DNA of 62,955 bases, the filler included, from Octopus bimaculoides (Eukaryota): NCBI RefSeq assembly GCF_001194135.2. It is 6 parts of 6 records of this genome, joined end to end, with 100 filler letters (N's around TTAATTAATTAA, not from the genome) between each part and the next. Parts side by side here need not be neighbours in the genome. Positions count along the whole stretch, not along the records: positions 54,492 to 62,955 come from NC_069005.1; 5 more parts are not named here. One strand, written 5' to 3'. How positions within the stretch are numbered: the first letter of the stretch is position 1; each line of letters opens with the position of its first letter. Shown piece after piece: positions 54,492 to 62,955 of this stretch. A program made the position numbers and the translations under genes. Below the pieces are notes generated by a model, which worked only from the letters and a program-made list of their open reading frames with translations, did no database searches and was not told the origin of the DNA.

Positions 54492-54752
54492 CTCCTGTGC
54501 AGGTGGCACGTAAAATACACCATTTTGAGCATGGTCGTTGCCAGTACCGCCTGACTGGCCTTCGTGCCGGTGGCACGTAAAAGTACCCACTACAATCTCA
54601 GAGTGGTTGGCGTTAGGAAGGGCATCCAGCTGTAGAAACTCTGCCAAATCAGATTGGAGACGGGTGTAGCCACCTGGTCCACCAGTCCTCAGTCAAATCG
54701 TCCAACCCATGCTAGCTTGGAAAGCGGACGTTAAACGATGATGATGATGATG
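54492..54752 (+). mobile_element. Family D element
   Basis: One 66-bp-type unit followed by gagtggttggcgttaggaagggcatccagctgtagaaactctgcc...(GAT)n. Confidence 0.85.
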
Positions 54753-55496
54753 TCTGTGTGTATACATATATTGCCAAATTTGGAAGAGGGTCAGTGACAG
54801 ACATAGGTTAGCACCCATTACCATATTAGCATTGTATATAGTTTAGATATTCTCCAGCCATTGTGTTGAAATTTGATATGATCTTGTCATGGCTCTAACA
54901 TAGTGGAGGAATACTGTTAGAGAGTGAAAGTTTACTATTGTTATTCATATAACACATGCCATGAACTGAATGCTCTTATCATCAGTATATAAGTACTGAT
55001 AGATCTAGAGATGTTGTTACAAGTGGAGTGATGTCAAGTTTAAGTTGTTACTGTATGTTGACCTGATTATTCAGGTTTTAAGATATAAATTAATAAAAGG
55101 GTAAGTGTTTACATTTTATCTGAAGTTGAAGTTCCTAAATTTAGCATTAAGATAAACTAAGATATAGGGGATTAGAATAAACTTGCAGAGTAATGTGTTA
55201 TACCAAAACAATTATGCTGAAAGTGACAGCAGCAATAGCAACAACATCAATATTAATAATATAAATACCAATAATTTTAAGAAAATAACATTATGATTAT
55301 CTTCCAAAATAATAACAGAAATAACAATGCCAATAACCATGGGGTAATAATAAGACTATGATAAAAGGGTAATGGTCCCAATACTGGATGAAAGTAAAAA
55401 ATTGAAGTTAAAATAAAATGTTACAGTCTTAAAAGAATAAAACAGGATAAATAAAATTAAATAAAAAGATTTTAAAATAATTTTAAACCCAAAGAA

Positions 55497-55527
<31 letters not shown>

Positions 55528-55850
55528 TCCACATAAATACACATATATAGACACACACACACATACATACATATACATGTATACATACACAAACATACAT
55601 ACATACATTATATATATACATAGTAAATCCAAATATATATATATATATATGGTAAATCCCCAAAACAACGAAGAACACAAGAAAAAATCAACAACACGAG
55701 GACGTGGTACATACAAAGTATTAGCAGACACCCAGGGAAGGAAAGAAAGGTGGTTTTATGTTTTGAGCAAAGCTCTTCGTCAGAAACAGGAGACAGAGGA
55801 AAGTCCAAGAGAAAAGGAAGATGGAGGTAAAAAAATACATATGCACACAG

Positions 55851-56281
55851 ACGTAGGAGTGGCTGTGTGGTAAGTAGCTTGCTTACAAACCACATGGTTC
55901 CGGGTTCAATCCCACTGCATGGCACCTTGGGCAAGTGTCTTCTACTATAGCCTTGGGCCGACCAAAGCCTTGTGAGTGGATTTGGTAGACAGAAACTGAA
56001 AGAAGCCCGTCGTATATATGTATATATATATATATATGTATGTGTGTGTATATGTTTGTGTGTGTATATGTTTGTGTGTCTGTGTTTGTGTCCCCCCTCT
56101 CCCCAACATCGCTTGACAACCGACGCTGGTGTATTTACGTCCCCGTAACTTAGTGGTTCGGCAAAAAAAACTGAGAGAATAAGTATTGGGCTTTCAAAAA
56201 ATAAGTCCTGGGGTCGATTTGCTTGACTAAAGGCGGTGCTCCAGCATGGCCACAGTCAAATGACTGAAACAAGTAAAAGAG
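55851..56281 (+). mobile_element. SINE family B, full length
   Basis: tRNA-like head (ggagtggctgtgtggtaag; gggttcaatccc), central (TA/TG)n, tail ...gactgaaacaagtaaaagag. Confidence 0.9.
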
Positions 56282-56694
56282 TATATATATATACATATAT
56301 TTATATATGTTAGTAACACCTATAAGGAGGTGCTTTTTACATTCACCAAAATGAATGGAGCCTTAACTAGGAGGAAGTGATGTCATTAGATGGTATCCAA
56401 TGTTCATTGAGTGTTTCAACCCTGAACTGTAAGACACTCCTGTTGGTGGGTCAGCAGAGGTGGCCAAGTCACTGCTCCTCGTCTCCTCCTGGCTTCCAGC
56501 TTAACTCCTCTCTCTTGCTCCAAAGCAAGCTGCTTGTCCCATCCTGCACACAGACACTCTTTGCTGCTCACCTCTCATTCCAATGGCTGTAAGCAGGAAA
56601 TCCACTACAGCTAACCTCAATTAGGAAAAGCCATACCTGTCATCTCTTCTCCCTGCAATCCTGCACACATACATACATAGATACATACATACAT

Positions 56695-57636
56695 GTCCTC
56701 TCACTTAACTGCTTCTAGTTTGAGGGTGATTTTTATCAGCAGTTCTTGGGAGTGGCCATGGGAATGAGAATGGTCCCCGACTATGCAAACCTGTTCATTG
56801 GCTACGTTGAGGCCCAAATATTCTCAAGTTTCACTGGTCCCGCTCCCAAACTATACGGTCATTATATTGATGACTGTATCGGTGCAATCTCACTCTTCCA
56901 CAAACATCAAGACTCCTTCCTCTCTTTTGTCAAATCCTTCCATCCTGCCCTCTACTTCTCCTGCACTATTTCCAACACTTCCGTTGCCTTTCTCGACATT
57001 TCGGTCAGCATTCCTCACTCCACCTCCATCCACTATAAACACACCAAGCTCTCCATCCCCTATTCCCAATTCCTCCATCTACATAGGCTCTGCAGTGACG
57101 ACCATAGCTTTGAGACTCAGTCTCAACTCATGGCTCGCCACTTCATCCTACATGGATATCCCCTCACCACTATCCATACCGCTCTTGCCAGAGCATGTTC
57201 CGTGGACCATGCATCTGCTCTCTCCTCCACTGTCACCCATCTCTTGTTTCCTCTCACCTACCATCCCACCACCCTACCTCTGTAACGCACCATTCTTCGA
57301 GCCTTCCAGTGACTCCAGTTCAACCTCTCCACTTTGCACATCTTCCCTAACCGACCCCTCCCCTCCTTCAAACGAGTCTAGAACCTATGAGATCTCTTGG
57401 TCCACAGCTTCTTCCCTAACCCAACCTTCCAACCCAGCTTGTTCCCCTGCTTCCGCCCACGGTGGCGCACTTGCCCTTACCTCTCCAACACCACCCTCCT
57501 CACAGGCACCCATCATCGACCCTATCATATCACTGACTCCTTTACCTGCACTTCTAGCAACGTCATCTACTGCATCTCCTGCTCTCTCTGTCCTTCTCTA
57601 TGCATTGGTCAAATGGCACGCCACTTAGCTGACTAG
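56695..57636 (+). mobile_element. Penelope-like element, RT C-half + GIY-YIG endonuclease, pseudogenised
   Basis: LSLNCF*FEGDFYQQFLGVAMGMRMVPDYANLFIGYVE...YGHYIDDCIG...SFHPALYFSCTIS...FLDISV...SIPYSQFL..RRLCSDD...GYP, then PCFRPRWRTCP...HITDSFTCTSSNVIYCISCSLCPSLCIGQMARHLAD. Confidence 0.92.
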
Positions 57637-58196
57637 GTTATATTCTACTCTGCTGGATATTTTAAGCATTTCAGAGGTAATTCCCAATGAATCAGGGTTT
57701 TTTCCAGTTTTCATATTCTTAACTGTTTTATCTTTAACACTGCAACAAAAATGGCAAAGCATAGTTTAGTTAAACTATGTTTGTGACAGGTTACAGATAT
57801 GCTTTTTTTATTGATGAACAGTTCAGTTACATCATGTAAAATGAGTTTTCTTCAGGTGGATTAAATTAAAAATGAAATAAAATTTAACATTTAGGAATAT
57901 TCACACAATTACTATACAATGCATAATGACTCCCGCATCTCAGTTGGGAGAGTAAATTAGGGAATGCTATTTGATGTTAAATATATGTGGTAATAAATCT
58001 GTCTACATCGCCACAGGGTGGAGAAAGAAAAAACACACATCTCAAATATACGAAACTAAAAGGCGCCATTCTCAGATAAAAAAAAAAGATAGAGGTGGTT
58101 CAACGGGTGGCCTGAATGACGTGAGGACCAGCAAGGGAAGAATGGATGATAAATAATAAAAATAGAATGAAATAAAAGGGTACAATAAACGGGCAG

Positions 58197-58240
58197 AGGT
58201 AAAGAATACGTACACCACCCGGTGTACGTATTCTTTACCT
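58197..58240. repeat. Perfect 20-bp inverted repeat with a 4-nt loop
   Basis: aggtaaagaatacgtacacc-accc-ggtgtacgtattctttacct. Confidence 0.95.
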
Positions 58241-58261
58241 TCGTCTACATATATATCGTCA

Positions 58262-58600
58262 CGGAACGGGAAATTTGTCATACCGTCAGGCCTTTTACCG
58301 TTTCCATCGGTCTAGCCTCGCTGGTTCGAGTTCGGAAAGGGAAGCCTGCGGCGTCTAGGCCATGCTTTATGATTTTGTCGGGGGTGGCATGGTGTGAAAG
58401 GCAGCCGGCACTATGACGGCACAACAGTGGGCGGAGGCTGAAAAAATCCACAGTGGTTCCACAGCGGCATTCATGAGGATCACAAATCTGGGGTCCAAAC
58501 CTCAGGGAAACGTTGATGCGCTGACAGTCACGAGTGATCGCACCGCATTGAGCCAAGCTCCGCTGTGAGCTCCTGCTCTTCTTCCTACAAATTCGATTTC
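58262..58600 (-). mobile_element. CRE-clade non-LTR retrotransposon 3' fragment (zinc knuckle + RLE), frameshifted
   Basis: GAHSGAWLNAV; SLRFGPQICDPHECRCGTTVDFFSLRPLLCRHSAGCLSHHA...IIKHGLDAAGFP; ELEPARLDR; GKRPDGMTNFPF. Confidence 0.82.
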
Positions 58601-59394
58601 CAAGTGAATAGCTTGGCGAAGCATTTTGAGTGTCATGGGAGTAAATTTGTAAAATCTGATGCAGCCACGTTGCTCTAATTAGTCAGTCACATAAGTATAA
58701 GGCACGAAGTCTATAGGCCTGAGTCATAGGCTGGCTCCCAATGAACCGCCAGCTAGATGCTCACTGCCGTTGACCAGTCCAATCTCACTCAACCAGTGAC
58801 GCAGGGAAACTTTATGGTAACGCCTCGAGAATCGAAGAATATCACAAAATTTACGAAGTTAAAAAAAGTAATTTTTAAAACTAATGAGGTCCTACAAAAT
58901 TTAATTCCAGTGTAATAAAATAAAATAATTACAGTGTTAACCTTAGTTAAACTTCTTTTCACTGCAATACATAAAAATACACTTAATAATCGAAGACTAC
59001 TCACCGTCATCATGATTCAAATAATTATTGTGCCCACGATACGCGCGCACACACATACACAATTATCTCCCTTGTCCCGCAGAGTTGCTTCCCAACTTAA
59101 CTTTTGTCGGACTTTAGAGTAGATAAGCATACGTTAAAAGTATTTAAAAACGGTATTTATATACTTTAGATATGAATAATTAAAGAGTGCAAAAAAATAT
59201 TAAAGACTTACTTTGGCCAATAAATCAAGCATAGTTATCTTTATATTTTGAATTTCACTGTCCTTATCGCATTTTTAAAAATATAGTTTTATTTTCACAG
59301 CACACCTACAACTCGTCAGCTATAACACGTTTTGGAACTATTGACCATATAGGAGTAGAAACGAAATATTATAATATTATCCACACCTTATGGG

Positions 59395-59525
59395 TTTAAG
59401 TGCTTTCATCTATTCGGGGTTGATAAAATAAATACTTGTCGACTCCTGGAGTCGATGTAATCAACTTAACCTCGCCATCCGCTACAGCCGAAATTGCTGG
59501 CCTTGTGCCAAAATTTGAAACCATT
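59395..59525 (+). mobile_element. SINE family C, 3' part
   Basis: gctttcatctattcggggttgataaaata...gtcgatgtaatcaact...ggccttgtgccaaaatttgaaacc. Confidence 0.65.
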
Positions 59526-60852
59526 ATTATTCACACCTTTATACTGTGTGGATATTCACAAAGATGCAAGACCATTTAGCAAGGATAAAATTGACAGTAT
59601 TGAAGAAAGATAATTCAGACAAGAAATGAGAGTCATATCCCTTGTTATAACAATGTCCTTCGCTAAATTTCGATAATTAAAAAAATTCGTTTTTGATATT
59701 TCAGTAAACGATGTGATTTGGAGGTTAAATATCTCGGATGTGAGGAATTTTATGCATTGATAAAATCGCAAAAGCAATTTCAACCAAAAATTGAAAATGT
59801 TGTGTAGATTCTGTTTCCTAAGAATTTACTGCCAAAAATAAAAATAATTACATTTTAAGAAAATGTTTCATAAGAAAAAAATCACCTTTAAAACTCTTTT
59901 ACTTTATAAAAATACGAACATATTAATTTTCTTAAAAGCGATGCATGGCAGGATTTTATTTGTTATATATCATTCCTTAATTGCGGGATTACTATCGTTG
60001 TCATTCATTCAGTCTAAATGCCGTGTCTATCAACAACGATCTGTCGTCTCCGTCCACGAAAATAACGTGTAAGTTGGCCGTGACATTATTTTACCATCAA
60101 ATCTTTTATTATTGTATATAATTAACTAACAACATAGCTAGAGTGCAAGTTTACACACTGTTTATATTTTCGAAGTGAATTATCGTGTAATGTGTATGTT
60201 TTTGAAGTGGATTATTTTGAAGGGTGGAAAATGATTGATTTTCTGTACATTACGTAATCCCCATAAGGTTGAGATTCCTTGATTGAACCCGTTCATTTAA
60301 ATACACCCACAATCATATATCTACACATGAATGCAAGCATATATATAAGAGTACACACAACACGTAAACACACACACACACACGCACGCGCGTGTATTGA
60401 TTTGTAGGTATTGGAGTCGATATATAATTTGCGAGTTTCAATTTTTGTTCTAAACACATGACTTTCTGTATCTTCAAAATATTACCATCTTGAGTCAAAT
60501 GAAGGAGTCTGTATATTGTCGCTCGTGCTAGAAATAATAACAAATTCACCTTCAAATTGCACCATACCACCTTAAAATGGAAGGGACACTTTGGATCGTG
60601 TTAGATATGGAACGACTGAGAGAAGGATGGGATGATCAAGGCTGTAACAATTTTCGATCGGTTCACATTGGGCCGACCTGGAGCTCAATAACACGCGATT
60701 TTTGTAAACTCTATGAATATAAATTGCGACCTCTTGAGGAGGACATCGAGGTTCACACAAACTGACTTATGCCGTATCGTAGTAATTAACGAGAGAGCCT
60801 TGTATGTGATTGCTCGACCTGCTAAAAATAGCTGCTACTATTTCTAGCACCC

Positions 60853-61082
60853 TTATTTCTTTGTTGCCCACAAGGGGCTAAACATAGAGGGGACAAACAA
60901 GGACAAGCAAAGGGATTAAGTCGATTACATCGACCCCAGTGCGTAACTGGTGCTTAATTTATTGACCCCGAAAGGATGAAAGGCAAAGTCGACCTCGGCG
61001 GAATTTGAGCTCAGGACGTAACGGCAGACGAAATACCTCTAAGCATTTCGCCAGGTGTGCTAACGTTTCTGCCAGCTAGCCT
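60853..61082 (-). mobile_element. SINE family C, near full length
   Basis: Reverse-complement match to 12795-13030. Confidence 0.9.
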
Positions 61083-61109
61083 TCCTACTAAAGGAAGAAC
61101 ACATCAGAT

Positions 61110-61560
61110 AATTAATTTCTGTTTACTTAGGGATAGGGAAAAATCAAGATGGTCACGCCTGTGCAAAGCAAGTAATAGGTCTAAGTCAGATGTGAAATAT
61201 GGGCTCCATTTCGAATTAATCATTGAGTATTTTCTCAATACATATGTACGAGAGCACCTCTGATGGTCATTCCTTGTCAAGGTAAAAGAGTTTGTATGGT
61301 CCAGTAACTCTATGAGTAATGCCACGGGGAGTCTAGTATTCCAGTTTGAGCAACCCACAACAGTAAAGACTGAAGAAGAGAATCTTGATTGAATACATTC
61401 AGTTTCATATCAAGACCCCAATGTCGGAGGAAATGGATGTAGATAATGATTGAGCTCAATAATATTTGAATTGGTGGACAGACAGACACACTGGATAGGA
61501 ATGTATCATTTGAGATTTCAACTGAGTTAGTAATAGTCCATTGTAAATTCATTACACTAC
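61110..61560 (-). mobile_element. Old Penelope-like RT remnant
   Basis: IYIHFLRHWGL (compare LYT.IPH..GL), LLIELLDHTNSFTLTRNDHQ (compare L..L.ELVL..NSF.F....YQ), MINSKWSPYF (compare MGSKMGP.YA). Confidence 0.42.
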
Positions 61561-61830
61561 GTCTCCCACAGAATTGTCCTGATATTATTTCTAACAGGTT
61601 GCATGGCTCCCCTGTTGGCTAAAACAAGATGAGTTTATAAGTCTGGCAAACTGTTTCAAAAGTTCTAAATAAATAAAAATGTGAATATTGAAATGGGTTT
61701 TTAAGAGTTGATGCTTTATCTCCAGGCTCATGGCATTAAGAATGGTCTAAAAGCATTGTATTTCACTATTCTCAGTGGAAATATGAATTTGTAAAACTCT
61801 TTCTTATGTATCTTTATCAATTTGCTATCG

Positions 61831-62228
61831 CAGGCATGGCTGTGTGGTAGGAAGCTTGCTTCTCAACCACATGGTTCCGTGTTCAGTCCTATTGCATGGC
61901 ATCTTGGGAATGTGTCTTCTACTATAGCCTTGAGTCTACTAAAGCCTTGTGAGTGAATTTGGTAGACGGAAACTGAAAGAAGCCTGGCACATATATTTGT
62001 GTGTGTGTGCATGTTTGTGTCTCCATGTCGTGACATGACATGATAGTTGTAAATGAGTGTCACTGTGATACAAGCAGGATCGTTCATTTCCAATATTCTA
62101 TATGAACATGTCTGGCCATGGGGGAATGTTACCAAGCTTAGAAAGAGGTAAAGGCTGGCAACAGGAAAGAGCATCTGTTTGTAGAAAATCTGCCTCAGTA
62201 AACTCTGTCTGACCCATGCAAGCAAGGA
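61831..62228 (+). mobile_element. SINE family B head fused to a family D-like 3' body
   Basis: gcaggcatggctgtgtggtaggaagcttgc...gactgaaagaagcc followed by ggctggcaacaggaaagagcatc...gacccatgcaagc. A similar body lies at 62480-62700. Confidence 0.65.
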
Positions 62229-62235
62229 AAAGAGT

Positions 62236-62420
62236 ATTTTTTCTTTTATCTTTTACTTGTTTCAGTCATTAGACTGCGGCCATGCTGGGGCAGTGCCTTG
62301 AAGAATTTCTAGTTGGATGCAACGAACCCAGTACTTATTTTCTGTTAAGCCTGCTATTTATTCTATCAGTCTGTTTTCGCCAAACCACTAAGTTATGAGG
62401 ATGTAAACACACCAACAGCA
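62236..62420 (-). mobile_element. SINE family B, 3' half
   Basis: ttttacttgtttcagtcattagactgcggccatgctgg. Confidence 0.7.
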
Positions 62421-62734
62421 AGTATTGGTGAGGGGATAAACAAACAGAGAGCGTGAGAGAGAGAGTGTGTGTGTGTGATTGTGTCTTCTTGACACCACAT
62501 AGTTGTGAATGTCACTATCATAGAAACAATATTCGGCAAAATCATGTTTGGCAATGGGGAAAATATTACCTTGCTTGGAAAAAGGCGAGGGTTTACAACA
62601 GGAAGGGCACCCAGCTGTAGAAAATTTGCCTCAGTAAATTCCAGTTGACTCCCTGAAAGCATGGAAAAGTGGATGTTTTAAAGTGATGGTGATGGTGACT
62701 GCTTATGAAGTTCCAATGAATTCACAAAACTAAT

Positions 62735-62955
62735 CATCATCATCATCATCATCGTTTAACGTCCGCTTTCCATGCTAGCATGGGTTGGACGATTTGACTG
62801 AGGACTGGTGAAACCGGATGGCAACACCAGGCTCCAGTCTGATTTGGCAGAGTTTCTACAGCTGGATGCCCTTCCTAACGCCAACCACTCAGAGAGTGTA
62901 GTGGGTGCTTTTACGTGTCACCCGCACGAAAACGGCCACGCTCGAAATGGTGTCT
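62735..62955 (-). mobile_element. Family D element
   Basis: (CAT)n then gtttaacgtccgctttccatgctagcatgggttggacgatttgactgagg...cccttcctaacgccaaccactc. Confidence 0.88.

Noticed and set aside
56377-56592. 71-aa ORF as a gene
   Set aside because: At most a decayed retroelement endonuclease start (SVSTLNCKTL). Too weak to call.
59556-59850. Possible second Naiad-type RT scrap on the minus strand
   Set aside because: Resemblance (RFYQCI; SFTEIS; ILSLL) is too weak in AT-rich sequence.
62796-62825. CTGAGGA-CTGGT-GAAA hammerhead-like core in family D antisense; also CTGANGA hits at 3142, 10628, 38598 and 61370
   Set aside because: No stem II and/or no correctly placed GAAA and UH cleavage site.

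Overview
AT-rich eukaryotic draft-scaffold DNA with about 25 N-gaps and very dense (TA)n/(CA)n/(TACA)n/(GA)n/trinucleotide microsatellites. The SINE complement looks cephalopod, probably Octopus (inferred from repeat style, not verified). I cannot support any host protein-coding gene. Most entries in the ORF track are microsatellite or N-gap artefacts. The window reads as intergenic or intronic DNA built from transposon fossils: a decayed Naiad-type Penelope-like element (about 170-1900, minus), two R4/Dong-like RLE non-LTR copies sitting in (TACA)n arrays, a BEL/Pao RNase H remnant, a pogo/Tigger remnant, RTE 3' ends, a well-preserved Penelope RT+GIY-YIG fragment (56.7-57.6 kb), a CRE-like RLE fragment, several MITEs, and many copies of four SINE-like families, some nested with target-site duplications. 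The most notable signal is a type I hammerhead ribozyme (43364-43462) with a palindromic minimal stem III. It lies inside a unit of about 180 bp bounded by a perfect 16-bp inverted repeat. All protein family calls come from motif recognition by eye, without database searches.
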